From sequence record NC_048077.1: a stretch of DNA of 64,000 nucleotides. One strand, 5' to 3'. Below the pieces are notes generated by a model that ran no database searches, was not told the DNA's origin, and saw only the letters and a program-made list of their open reading frames with translations. Position 1 is the stretch's first letter; every line of letters starts with the position of its first letter. Below, piece by piece: positions 48,850-58,378 of this stretch. A program made the position numbers and the translations under genes.

Positions 48850-49227
48850 ATGGGATACATTGATCAGCTAGTTTCAAATCACAACCTGTCTGCGCAAGAG
48901 CGTCGCCTGAAATACAGCACGTTTGTTGCCAAAACCGCGCCTAAAAAATCCGGCGATGTTGTTCGTATTGATTTGATTCGTGCGATGGCTTTTGTTGGTG
49001 AAACGAATTTTAGTGAAGAGGCGCAGTTGAAATTTGTTTCTGATTATAACTCGGTGCTTTCGTATGAAGAACATCCGTGCTTCATGTATCGCACAATCGA
49101 AGGCGAGTACGCGCATCGCAATTGCAGACACGTCACTTACGTTGTTCGTTTGCCGAAACGCGGTGATAAAATTTCAGAAGCAAAGATCGATGACGGTTCG
49201 ATCATCGTCGGTGGGAGTAAATTCTGA
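48850..49227 (+). CDS. hypothetical protein
   Basis: SD AAGGG. Confidence 0.7.
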   Translation: MGYIDQLVSNHNLSAQERRLKYSTFVAKTAPKKSGDVVRIDLIRAMAFVGETNFSEEAQLKFVSDYNSVLSYEEHPCFMYRTIEGEYAHRNCRHVTYVVRLPKRGDKISEAKIDDGSIIVGGSKF

Positions 49228-49592
49228 TGCCAACAATTGAAGAAGTAAAAAACAGCGCAACCATTTATCAGTTTCTCCACAATCCTTATGGCGTAGTTCG
49301 CGCCGGAACCTACAAGCCAAATCTTTTGGATTGTTGGGCGTTGGTTGTCGATACCATTCCGAAATGCTTTATCGCGCTTTGGGGAAAGATGTGTGAATTA
49401 AGCTGGCATATGTCGATTCGCCGTCTGCTTATTTGGTTGCTGTTTATGCCGTTCTGGATTCTGATTGTTGTGCCAATGCCGCTCACTTTCTGGATATGGG
49501 GAACGTATGTTTATTTCTACATGCGCGGCGAACCTGAGCGCCATAAGAAAGTTCAGGAACGACTTAATCGGAAGTTAGATTCTCTAGTGTAG
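49227..49592 (+). CDS. membrane protein
   Basis: Long hydrophobic W/F-rich segment; TGATG coupling. Confidence 0.7.
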   Translation: MPTIEEVKNSATIYQFLHNPYGVVRAGTYKPNLLDCWALVVDTIPKCFIALWGKMCELSWHMSIRRLLIWLLFMPFWILIVVPMPLTFWIWGTYVYFYMRGEPERHKKVQERLNRKLDSLV

Positions 49593-49648
49593 TCTGCAAA
49601 ATAGTGTCCAAAATTCCGGTGGTTTTTGCCGCCTCGTTTTGATACACT
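49591..49648 (+). promoter_or_regulatory. class-I phage promoter (upstream of tandem pair)
   Basis: GTCTGCAAAA..TGTCCAAAAT 49605-49614, 28 nt, TACACT 49643-49648. Confidence 0.75.
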
Positions 49649-49654
49649 ATTTGG

Positions 49655-49728
49655 ACAGGGCAGCAATGCCCTACAAGATTCAACGTGAAGTGGAAACTTT
49701 TTGTAGGCAGGGAAGCCTACACTTTTTT
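49655..49728 (+). ncRNA. candidate ~74-nt small RNA or attenuator leader
   Basis: Promoter upstream; 5' hairpin AGGGCA-GCAA-TGCCCT; terminator TGTAGGC-AGGGAA-GCCTACA-CTTTTTT; competing 9-bp helix. Confidence 0.5.
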
Positions 49729-49749
49729 GCAAAGTCTCCTACTACGGGA

Positions 49750-49807
49750 ACTCTGCAAAATAGTGTCCAAAATTGCGATTGATAATATCGCTACTTTCCG
49801 TCACTAT
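49750..49807 (+). promoter_or_regulatory. class-I phage promoter (downstream of tandem pair)
   Basis: ACTCTGCAAAA..TGTCCAAAAT 49764-49773, 28 nt, CACTAT 49802-49807. Confidence 0.7.
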
Positions 49808-49877
49808 TTAATCTCACTCGGCGCAGTGCCGAAACAAACAAACAAGCCTTAACTAATATTTCTTAGGAGAAATAATC

Positions 49878-51491
49878 ATGGCAATTGCAACCTCTACCAA
49901 ACTGATCGGCAAAAACATCGTTCTGCTGGACGGCACCAAAACCAAAATCACTGACGCAATGGCAACTGGATATAAAGTTGCGGATCGTACTGTTCGCGTT
50001 TCGTCAAAGCAAGTTGCTAAGAAAGGCGCTTGCTATTACGAAATCCCGGTTACGTCTCTGCGTGAACTGATCGATTCCGGTGAAGGTTATGTTTCTTTCG
50101 CTGACAAAGCGATGCAGAAAAAAGTCGGCACTGATGCTTTCCTCGAAAAACCTGCTAAAACTTCTGGCCGCAAACCGAAAGAAGAGAAAACTTCTGGCCG
50201 CAAACCGAAAGAAGAGAAAACTTCTAACGTGCGTCCGAAACGTGGTAGCAAACCTACCAAAGAAGAAGACGAAGCCGAAGAAAAATCATCACGTCGCGTT
50301 AAACGTCGCGGCAATAGCGATGCAGGTTTCGGCGCTCTCGCTGACTTCCTGATCAACGGCGGTAACAGCAAGAAGAAAGTTTCTCTCTCCACAATCGATC
50401 AGGATCTGGCGACTGTTCTTACTGAACGTCTGGTTAGCACGGTTAAAGATACCTCGCTGGCTAAATTCGACCGCAACAATGCGCTGATCGAAAACGCATT
50501 TGATGTTGGCTACTCAACTGAATTCGATGCGACTGGCGGTGACGTTCGCGTAACGCTCAATATCAAATACGCGCTGGAACAGCCGGAACCGGAAGAAGTA
50601 AGCGGCGGTTTCGAAATCTCTCCGGAACTGGCGAAGAAAATCAAAGCGCGTGTTGGTAAAACTGTTGGCAAAAAACTGGCTGCGGCAATCGCTGAACACC
50701 TCGGCGTTGAAGCAAGCGATATGACAGCGGGAACTCTGCTGGTTCGTGAAGGTGAAGATGGTCAGTTTGTTTTCTGCGGCGCAAGCAGCGAAGACAATAA
50801 CAAAGCTGTTCTGTTCAACACTGAAAGCGAAAAATTCCGTACTGTAGGCGGCGCGTCTCTGGCTAACTACTCCGTCGTTGAAGAAGACGAAGAGGAAGAG
50901 GAAGACGAAGAAGACGAAGACGAAGAAGAAATTGAAGAGGAAGAGGACGAAGACGAAGACGACGGCGAAGCCGAAGACGACGATGCCGAAGACGATTCCG
51001 AAGAAGGCGAAGATGACGCGGAAGGTGAAGACGACGATTCCGAAGATGCTTTCGAATACGCTTCCGTAAATAAAAAGCAACTGGCGAACGTAGACAAAAA
51101 GATCACGGCTAAAAATCTGCCGATGCTGTCTAAACTTTGGGGCGTGCCGCAAAGCGCTCTGATTACTGGTCTGAAACTGACAGACGGCGATGATACTTTT
51201 GTGTTTATCGGTATGGACGAAGACGGCGATCTGCTGGTTGTCGAAGAAGGCGCGAAGGAAGTTGTAGCATTTGACGCTGACGATATCTCAAGCCTGTCTG
51301 GTTACTCTCCGGTTGTTGGTGAAGCCGAAGACGACGCAGAAGAAGATGGCGAAGATTTCGAAGATGACGGCGAAGACTACGACGATATGGACATTGACGA
51401 ACTGCGCGATGTTGTAGTTCAGAAAGGTCTGGCAAAAGTTCGCGCCGCCGAAAACATGACGGAGAAAAAACTCCGCGCTCTGCTGAAATAA
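49878..51491 (+). CDS. modular polyampholyte protein: shared N-domain, basic linker, duplicated beta-domain, poly-D/E tracts, C-terminal HeH-like module
   Basis: 537 aa; SD AGGAG; features read from translation. Confidence 0.85.
   Translation: MAIATSTKLIGKNIVLLDGTKTKITDAMATGYKVADRTVRVSSKQVAKKGACYYEIPVTSLRELIDSGEGYVSFADKAMQKKVGTDAFLEKPAKTSGRKPKEEKTSGRKPKEEKTSNVRPKRGSKPTKEEDEAEEKSSRRVKRRGNSDAGFGALADFLINGGNSKKKVSLSTIDQDLATVLTERLVSTVKDTSLAKFDRNNALIENAFDVGYSTEFDATGGDVRVTLNIKYALEQPEPEEVSGGFEISPELAKKIKARVGKTVGKKLAAAIAEHLGVEASDMTAGTLLVREGEDGQFVFCGASSEDNNKAVLFNTESEKFRTVGGASLANYSVVEEDEEEEEDEEDEDEEEIEEEEDEDEDDGEAEDDDAEDDSEEGEDDAEGEDDDSEDAFEYASVNKKQLANVDKKITAKNLPMLSKLWGVPQSALITGLKLTDGDDTFVFIGMDEDGDLLVVEEGAKEVVAFDADDISSLSGYSPVVGEAEDDAEEDGEDFEDDGEDYDDMDIDELRDVVVQKGLAKVRAAENMTEKKLRALLK
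50157..50225 (+). repeat. 30-bp tandem repeat (KTSGRKPKEE x2.3)
   Basis: AAAACTTCTGGCCGCAAACCGAAAGAAGAG twice plus partial copy. Confidence 0.9.
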
Positions 51492-51557
51492 AAATTAACG
51501 GAATGGCGCGGTAACACTGCCGCGCTTCCTCAACCTATTTAAAAGTTTTAAGGAAAA

Positions 51558-52490
51558 ATGAAAATGGCTATCACTCCTAACAAAGATTTGGTTAACGTTG
51601 TTGTTCGTCTGCTGGATGGCAAAACTTCTCGCATCACTGGCATTACTAAAACTGGTTACACGGTTGAAGGTTCTGATAAGCAAATTCCGATGACGGAACT
51701 TGTGCGTAAAGGCCGCGTGTTGCAGCAACTCGATCCGGTGAAGCTGAAAGAAATTCCGGCTGAACAAACTTATCTGATGAGCGACGGCTATCTGCATATC
51801 CATACCCGCGATGCAATGCGCCGCATCAAGAAAGGCGAGACGGTTGATATCCCGCCGTCAAATTCTGAATGGCTGCGCAAAACCAAAACGGTGAAGGTTG
51901 TGAAAGTGAAAGGCGAATCTAAGCCTAAAAAGATTACGCCGAACAAACCTGTTCGCGCTGACGCTTCTAAAGTTAAGGCTCCGAAGCGTCTTAAAACTGA
52001 CGCGCAGAAAACTAAAAAGGTTGTGGCAAAAGCTGCACCTAAATCAACTCCGGTTGATCGTAGCGCCGAAACTGCTGAGACGTTGTTCTTAGTAATCGAA
52101 AACGCTCGCACGAATCGCAAAGCGTTTAAAGAGTTTAAAGCGATTGTCTCGGCTGCGATGGGTGTTACGGCAAAAGATCTGCCGGATACTGCAAGCGAGA
52201 TCATCGAAAAATTCGGCGCTGCGAAAGTGCGCAAAGGTCTGGCGGCTCTGTCTGAGCATTTCAATCGCCGCCGTGCGGAACTGAGTTTGCCTCGTAGCTT
52301 GAAAGCGTTTATCTCAAGCGGTCGCTTAACTCTGACTCCTGCGCAATTCCGTCAAGTGCTGGAAGTAATCGCTCCGACGATTCCGAAAGAGATTGTTGCT
52401 GACGTTGCTAAGTATTATTTCAACGGCGAATTCGTTATCAGCAAAACTCCGGATCGCAACACCACGAAAAAATCTAACGGTGGCAATTAA
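51558..52490 (+). CDS. basic K/P/A-rich protein sharing its N-terminal domain with 49878
   Basis: VRLLDGKTSRITGITKTGYTV vs IVLLDGTKTKITDAMATGYKV; SD AAGGA. Confidence 0.8.
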   Translation: MKMAITPNKDLVNVVVRLLDGKTSRITGITKTGYTVEGSDKQIPMTELVRKGRVLQQLDPVKLKEIPAEQTYLMSDGYLHIHTRDAMRRIKKGETVDIPPSNSEWLRKTKTVKVVKVKGESKPKKITPNKPVRADASKVKAPKRLKTDAQKTKKVVAKAAPKSTPVDRSAETAETLFLVIENARTNRKAFKEFKAIVSAAMGVTAKDLPDTASEIIEKFGAAKVRKGLAALSEHFNRRRAELSLPRSLKAFISSGRLTLTPAQFRQVLEVIAPTIPKEIVADVAKYYFNGEFVISKTPDRNTTKKSNGGN

Positions 52491-52852
52491 TGGAAAAATC
52501 TGACGTGATCGTAAATGGAATCTTTGGTCAGGTTTATTCCCGCCTTGTTCTCGCCGCAACGCAACGCGTTCTTGTTTACTACAATGAATTGTGTCCTGTT
52601 GTTTTCGGCATTCAGTTTTCAAAAATGAATAAAGAACAGGCCGATGTGATTTGGGATATTCTGATCGAAACAATGCGTATGGATGCGAAGGCGGGGCGGC
52701 TTCCTCTCGCCGCTCTTTATATCTCGCGCAAGTATGAAAAGAAACCCGGCGCAGGCTTCTGGTCTGCATATCACACATTTTACGGCTCTGAAATCTCGGA
52801 AGATGAGTGGTCTGAACTTGTGGAAAAAATCTGGAATTCATATTCCATGTAG
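52490..52852 (+). CDS. hypothetical protein
   Basis: TAATG coupling. Confidence 0.7.
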   Translation: MEKSDVIVNGIFGQVYSRLVLAATQRVLVYYNELCPVVFGIQFSKMNKEQADVIWDILIETMRMDAKAGRLPLAALYISRKYEKKPGAGFWSAYHTFYGSEISEDEWSELVEKIWNSYSM

Positions 52853-52860
52853 GAACGATC

Positions 52861-53337
52861 ATGAAAAAGAAATTTACTCCGAAAATCCCGCGCTCGAAGG
52901 TTGTGCCACCTAGCGAGCGTGCCGAAATGGATCAGCTTGTCGCCTATTATCTTTCATCGGTAGGTAACAGCATGACGATGGTAACGCAACTGACGTTCTT
53001 CAACGTCACGAACTACTGGCACATGACAGACGTTCACGATCCCGAAGCGTCCACGCCGAAGAATCACAAACTTCTGCGTGAGATAACGCAAAAGCTGAAC
53101 AAATACTGTAAAGATAATGGGAAGCCTCTTTCTTTGCTTCCTTTGCCCGATCAGCCCGGCGTTGAATTGAACGGCGAAACTGTTGTGGTAATTCCGTGGG
53201 AATTTTTAAATACCACGGAATCGCGTCAAGCTGTTGATGCGTTATTCGAAATGGTATCTGCGAATGGTAATACAGATCTGGTTGCAGATGCTGATCTGAG
53301 GGATAAATATGTTTTTAGGGCACCTACTGACGTTTGA
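52861..53337 (+). CDS. hypothetical protein
   Basis: SD AGGA. Confidence 0.75.
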   Translation: MKKKFTPKIPRSKVVPPSERAEMDQLVAYYLSSVGNSMTMVTQLTFFNVTNYWHMTDVHDPEASTPKNHKLLREITQKLNKYCKDNGKPLSLLPLPDQPGVELNGETVVVIPWEFLNTTESRQAVDALFEMVSANGNTDLVADADLRDKYVFRAPTDV

Positions 53338-54577
53338 AGATCGTCAAAAGCTGTTAAAACTTTATGGCTGGAAAATCATTGATACCTCCCCAAAGTATCT
53401 TGAATCTTCCAAAATGGTTTGTGGCGTTCGCCATGTTCGAACTAAGTACGGTGCGCGTGAGCAAGTGTATGATATTTTGTTCCCGCGCATTCGTGCGAAA
53501 ACGGTTCTGCGTTTGTTTAAAAACTTGCGCCGTGGTCAACGTGGAATGCTGTTAGAACAAATTTCAATTCTGTTCGAATTGGGATTGGGTGTTCCGAAGC
53601 AAAAACAAATCGCCGACTATATCCTGCATTTAGACAATGTGGACGATCAGGAAGTTGGAATCAAGTACATTGGTAAACTGATAAAACAGTACATCGCCAA
53701 TTACAAGTTTTCGATGGACGATCATGATTACATGTACTGCGCTCAATTCACTGAGCAATTGTTGCTGATGAAGAAATTCATCGGGAAGACAAAACAGAAC
53801 GTGAAAAAATCAGTGCGCGTTCCGGAAGGAAAGCCGTGTGTTATGGTTTATTCGCTGACTGACTTCAACGGTGCGAAATTCAGTTTGGTAGATGCTTACG
53901 CATTTTCATCGAACGGTTTTCCGATACCGATTTCAACATCTGTGATGCGAAAAGAGTTTGGTGCTGTCCCGCGCCAGTTTAACAGCTACGCGTTGAAGTC
54001 GCACGGACAGTATATGTTGGTTTTCGGTATTCTACATTGGAACGAAGACGGCGAAGAAAACTTCCAGCACATGCAAACGCTGGACGATGATGAATACGAA
54101 GTTCTGGTTGACCATTACGATAAGTATTGTTCGAAAGAACTTCTTGCGATGCGCAAGTTCCGCGATGTTGATCGCGAAGTGCATAACGCACATCGTCACG
54201 CAATCGAAGTTCTGGCAGTTAAAGAAGACGCAACCAAAAAAGAAAGGCGTTTGGTTCGCGAAGCGGAAACATATTTCGCTGAACGTGAGAAAGCTGTAAA
54301 GCAACTATCACGCTTAGAACGAAAGGCCGCAAGCAAACTTGCTGAATCTGGCCCGGTTGCTTCTGCTCAATTCTTCGCTCTCGATATCGGGGCAATTGGA
54401 ATTAGCCGCAAGCTGCGTACATTGGTTAGCACACCGCCTGAAACTCTCGCGAAAAGTTTAACCGCGTGGGGATTCACAACGGCGTTAAATGCGAATCCTA
54501 AATGTCTATCTTCTCGAATCTATTACGGCGTAACTTCTACGCGCCGTAGCTGGCAAATTGAAACGGAGAAAAAATAA
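53309..54577 (+). CDS. hypothetical protein (422 aa)
   Basis: SD GAGGG; TAATG coupling to next gene. Confidence 0.8.
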   Translation: MFLGHLLTFEDRQKLLKLYGWKIIDTSPKYLESSKMVCGVRHVRTKYGAREQVYDILFPRIRAKTVLRLFKNLRRGQRGMLLEQISILFELGLGVPKQKQIADYILHLDNVDDQEVGIKYIGKLIKQYIANYKFSMDDHDYMYCAQFTEQLLLMKKFIGKTKQNVKKSVRVPEGKPCVMVYSLTDFNGAKFSLVDAYAFSSNGFPIPISTSVMRKEFGAVPRQFNSYALKSHGQYMLVFGILHWNEDGEENFQHMQTLDDDEYEVLVDHYDKYCSKELLAMRKFRDVDREVHNAHRHAIEVLAVKEDATKKERRLVREAETYFAEREKAVKQLSRLERKAASKLAESGPVASAQFFALDIGAIGISRKLRTLVSTPPETLAKSLTAWGFTTALNANPKCLSSRIYYGVTSTRRSWQIETEKK

Positions 54578-57549
54578 TGAATTCCTCTCAAACTTTCGGA
54601 ACCGCCGTACACGCGGCAACTGTTACGGAACAGAATCTGAATGCAGGTTCTCCGGCAACTAAAAGCACGGTAATTGTTGTGCTGTGTCCGACTGTAAACG
54701 GCAACCAAATTTTCCGTGCGGAAAATAGCGGCAATGTTTCTCAAACAGTCGCGCAGGGTAAAGCGCTTAATCGTCTGACTGATCTTCTGGCGATGGCAGG
54801 CGATAACGCTGGTCATGAACTGATGAGCGCTGCCGCTTCTATCGACGAGCGCTGCAAGCTGAAAGACAGTGCTGCGATGATTCTTCGCTATACTGTAAAT
54901 GGTAGTGTAGAACGTCTCCAGAAAACTCTGTCTGAGGCCTTGTTTAAGGTCGGCGAAAAAGCTGCAAATGATAATACTACGTTAGCGTCGTATGCCAGCC
55001 GTTTTGGTGTTCACGCAATCGCGGTATCTGCGGAAAGTAATTCATACGCAATCGTTACAGCGATTCGTGATCAACTGGAAGCGTTCGACCGCAACGAAAG
55101 CAATTTTATCGTTGCGCAGAAAGCAAGTGTTGAGCAAATCAATGCTCCGGTTATCGACTGGTCTGCAACTTCCGCAAACGTTGTTCTGGAAGGTGCTGCG
55201 TTAAGTTTTGTAGTTCGCTCGGAAAAAACCCGCGTGAATTTCCTGATTAATCCTATTAAGGGGAATAATGTTGTGAGTAACGATCAGAAAGCTCTGTCTG
55301 TTTTCAGCCGCGAAAATCAGGCGTCCGTAACTATGGAAGAAAAAGTCGCTGCACTCGAAGCTCTCGGTTACGATCTCGGCGCTATGCCGGATGAAGAAAT
55401 TGCGCTGTCCTACGATAGCGAGCGCGTTGATTTTCTGGAAGGCGCTGGCGTTGATTTTCTGGAAGGCGCTGGCGTTGAAGTAAACTCCGGCGACGAAGGC
55501 GAAACTGACGACGCCGAAGAATCGGAAGAAGATTCCGAAGAAGGCGAAGAAGAAGAGGAAGAAGAGGAAGACGATTTCTCCGCTTCTGAAACTCTGGCAG
55601 AAATTCTGACTAACGCCCAACTGGATCGCGCTCAACTGAAAAAGCTGGTGTTCCTCGCAGGCGGTAAAGTGTTTACCTCCGACACCGAAGAAACTCTGAC
55701 GGTGAAACTGCTGGAACTGGTCGAAGATAAAGACTACAGCGAATTCTTCCAGTTTGCGCTGGACGCTAATGAACGTCTCGGCGGCGTTGAAGGTTTTGCT
55801 GATTTCCTTCACAACGAAAGTGTTCTCGCTACCGACGAAGAAGAATCTGAGGAAGAAGATTCCGAAGATGACGGCGACGAAGGCGACGATGCCGAAGGCG
55901 ACGACGATGATTCCGAAGATGAGGACGATTCGGAAGACGAAGATGGCGAAGATGAAGACGACGAAGACGAAGAAGATCTTTCTTTCAACTCTGTTGTCGA
56001 ATTCATCGAACTGATCGGCGGCGATCTGAATCGCGAAGTTATTCGCGCAATTGCTCGCTCCGAAAACTTCGGCCTGAAAACTTACAAGAACGAAGACGCT
56101 GCTGCAATCTTCGAACGTGTAGTTGAAGTGCTGAACAATAACGAACTTTCTCCGGAAGATTTCGAACAACTGATTCACGATCTCGCGCAGATCGAAGTTG
56201 TTGCCGCTGCCTATCCGGAATGGGCTGAGTACGAAGTCAATCCGACTGACTACACTGAACTGTTTAACTTCGAAGGCGGTTCCCTGTCTCACGAACAGCG
56301 CGTTGCCGCTCTCGAAGCTGCGGGTAACGATCTCGAAGGTATGGGCATGGTTGCCGTGCTGAAACTCTTCGAAGAGTATCGCCGCGAAAATGGTTACGGT
56401 CAGGAAAGCGAAGAAGCTGCTGACGAAACTTACGCGCTGGATTCTGATGCGGAAGACGAAGGCGAAACTGACGAAGGCGACAACGCCGACGAATCTTCCG
56501 ACGAAGAGGAATCCGAAGAGGAAGAATCTGAGGAAGAAACCGAAGAAGAAAACGACGAAGCGTTTGTTTCCGATTCTTCTGAAAGTGATATCGGTACTTT
56601 CCTGCGTGTTCGTCAGGAACAAATGCTGCTGGTCAACTTCACGCTGACTGATCGCAGTACGTTTGAAGATCTCGCCGAAGAACTGCGCGATCAAAACGGT
56701 GTTGATTACCGCGTACCAATCAACATGAACGACGAAGCCGAAGGTTCTATGTACCTGCCGCTGACTGTCGCGAGCGATCTGCTGTCTGGTTCTGCTGCGC
56801 TGCCGTTCATGTCTGATCGCAAAACTTTCAACGTGGAAGACTACGCTGAAAAACTGGCTAACACTATGCGCGGTCAAATTTCTGCGCTGCTGTATGAAGG
56901 CCGTCTGGAAGCTGGACAAGATCCGTACACTAGCGGTCTGGTGCTCGGTGATTTCGTTGAAGACGAAGACGAAGATCTGGATGAAGACGAACTGAGTTCT
57001 GACTATCTGAAAGAACTGGTCGGTGATCACATTCCGATGGCGTCTCTGTACAACGCACATGTTGGCGTGCGTCCGGTTGTAGTTGATACCGAAAGCACTG
57101 TTCTGAATACCATCGTGCTTAACATTGCAATGCCTTGCATTTGGGGCATCGGCAAGAAGAAAGTAAAAGATCTGGTAATCAGCACTTACAACCGTGTGCT
57201 TGCGCACATCGGCGAAACCGATATTAAAGTTTATGTTGGTTTCACGCTGAATTCCGGTTCACTGGTTTCTGATGAAAACCTGCAATTGGTTGTTCGTTCT
57301 GTTGGCGAAATGGCAAGCGAAGAAATCGCGGTGCATTCTTTCTCTTCTAACGATGTTCAGCGCATCGAAGAAAGCGAAGATCTGGTTGAAGCCGCGCATT
57401 CTGTCGGCACCGAAAACCTGCCGCTGGCGCTGCTGTCCTCCGGTATCGCTGACGCTGCATTTGCGAACGGCGGTGATCTGATTGTGATTCTGTCTCCGGC
57501 GGGTGATAGCGAAGACTACTCCGACGACGAAGACGAATCCGAAGAGTAA
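54577..57549 (+). CDS. very large acidic protein with several D/E tracts and helical HeH-like modules
   Basis: 990 aa; SD GGAG; repeated helical units (MEEKVAALEALGYDL / HEQRVAALEAAGNDL). Confidence 0.85.
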   Translation: MNSSQTFGTAVHAATVTEQNLNAGSPATKSTVIVVLCPTVNGNQIFRAENSGNVSQTVAQGKALNRLTDLLAMAGDNAGHELMSAAASIDERCKLKDSAAMILRYTVNGSVERLQKTLSEALFKVGEKAANDNTTLASYASRFGVHAIAVSAESNSYAIVTAIRDQLEAFDRNESNFIVAQKASVEQINAPVIDWSATSANVVLEGAALSFVVRSEKTRVNFLINPIKGNNVVSNDQKALSVFSRENQASVTMEEKVAALEALGYDLGAMPDEEIALSYDSERVDFLEGAGVDFLEGAGVEVNSGDEGETDDAEESEEDSEEGEEEEEEEEDDFSASETLAEILTNAQLDRAQLKKLVFLAGGKVFTSDTEETLTVKLLELVEDKDYSEFFQFALDANERLGGVEGFADFLHNESVLATDEEESEEEDSEDDGDEGDDAEGDDDDSEDEDDSEDEDGEDEDDEDEEDLSFNSVVEFIELIGGDLNREVIRAIARSENFGLKTYKNEDAAAIFERVVEVLNNNELSPEDFEQLIHDLAQIEVVAAAYPEWAEYEVNPTDYTELFNFEGGSLSHEQRVAALEAAGNDLEGMGMVAVLKLFEEYRRENGYGQESEEAADETYALDSDAEDEGETDEGDNADESSDEEESEEEESEEETEEENDEAFVSDSSESDIGTFLRVRQEQMLLVNFTLTDRSTFEDLAEELRDQNGVDYRVPINMNDEAEGSMYLPLTVASDLLSGSAALPFMSDRKTFNVEDYAEKLANTMRGQISALLYEGRLEAGQDPYTSGLVLGDFVEDEDEDLDEDELSSDYLKELVGDHIPMASLYNAHVGVRPVVVDTESTVLNTIVLNIAMPCIWGIGKKKVKDLVISTYNRVLAHIGETDIKVYVGFTLNSGSLVSDENLQLVVRSVGEMASEEIAVHSFSSNDVQRIEESEDLVEAAHSVGTENLPLALLSSGIADAAFANGGDLIVILSPAGDSEDYSDDEDESEE
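55426..55478 (+). repeat. 24-bp tandem repeat (VDFLEGAG x2)
   Basis: GTTGATTTTCTGGAAGGCGCTGGC twice, in frame. Confidence 0.9.
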
Positions 57550-57559
57550 TCTGTAAATA
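57548..57559 (+). promoter_or_regulatory. AAWCTGTAAA motif
   Basis: AATCTGTAAATA immediately after stop codon. Confidence 0.5.
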
Positions 57560-57592
57560 AATGGTGTGGGGCAAATTGCTCTGCACCATTTT
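57559..57592 (+). terminator. terminator-like hairpin
   Basis: AAATGGTGTGGGGC-AAATT-GCTCTGCACCATTT then T. Confidence 0.55.
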
Positions 57593-57603
57593 AAGGATTC
57601 CTA

Positions 57604-58356
57604 ATGTCTGATACGCAAATTGAAGTTTTACATCGGACACTGTTTTCAACGCGTCAGTCGCTTGATGAGAACATCATGGCACGCCGCGCAACCGAAAAGG
57701 TGTTGGATGAGCGCCTGAGTGAATTAGGCCGCTGTCAGGTTCAATTAAGCATTGCTCAAGAGCGAATTCTGAATCTCCAGACTGAATATAATAATGTTGT
57801 GGAGAAATCGGAAAGCAAAGCGAAGGATATGGAAGAAACTTTCCGTACCTCCGAAGCAAAGCTGAAAGAAGAAATAGTAATTCTGAACGACAAGATTTCG
57901 GAACTGCGTGCGCTCTGCCGTGATATGCCGGAAACTCCTGCGGAACAACTGCTGGAAAACGTACTGCATAAAACGATGGCGTATCTGCATTCGACTGTGG
58001 TGTATTTCGCTGCCCTCACGTTGAATTCCAATCCGCAATCTCTGGCTGGTAAAGAGTTGCTTGCGCTGACGAAAAAGCAAACCCTGAATCCGGGCAAATT
58101 GTTTTCACTATCTGTAAAGGAAAAGCAGATAGTCTTAGAAAACATTCGTTCGTTTGTGCAAGCAGAACTTGATAATTCTGAATACACAAACATCCGGGCG
58201 GTAATTACTGCAATGACCGCTTCGGATAAATCGTGGAAGACGTTTCGCGATAGCCTGAAAAATTCTAAGGTGCTTTTCTCACTCGCATCTGACAAACTGG
58301 AATTTGACTCTGCGGTAAACGCGGTCGTTGAATTCATTCTTGAACAATTGAAGTAA
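57604..58356 (+). CDS. coiled-coil protein
   Basis: Heptad-like N-terminal half; SD AAGGA. Confidence 0.75.
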   Translation: MSDTQIEVLHRTLFSTRQSLDENIMARRATEKVLDERLSELGRCQVQLSIAQERILNLQTEYNNVVEKSESKAKDMEETFRTSEAKLKEEIVILNDKISELRALCRDMPETPAEQLLENVLHKTMAYLHSTVVYFAALTLNSNPQSLAGKELLALTKKQTLNPGKLFSLSVKEKQIVLENIRSFVQAELDNSEYTNIRAVITAMTASDKSWKTFRDSLKNSKVLFSLASDKLEFDSAVNAVVEFILEQLK

Positions 58357-58378
58357 TGAACGGGAGTTCGAAATAATC

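Noticed and set aside
49666-49782. 38-aa leader ORF (MPYKIQREV...) as a classical attenuator peptide
   Set aside because: Its SD is sequestered in the 5' hairpin, it has no run of regulatory codons, and it crosses the terminator and second promoter; kept only as an alternative
55201-57207. 668-aa minus-strand ORF
   Set aside because: Antisense shadow of the 990-aa acidic gene; its F/V/I-rich content is the reverse complement of GAA/GAC codons; no SD or family motif
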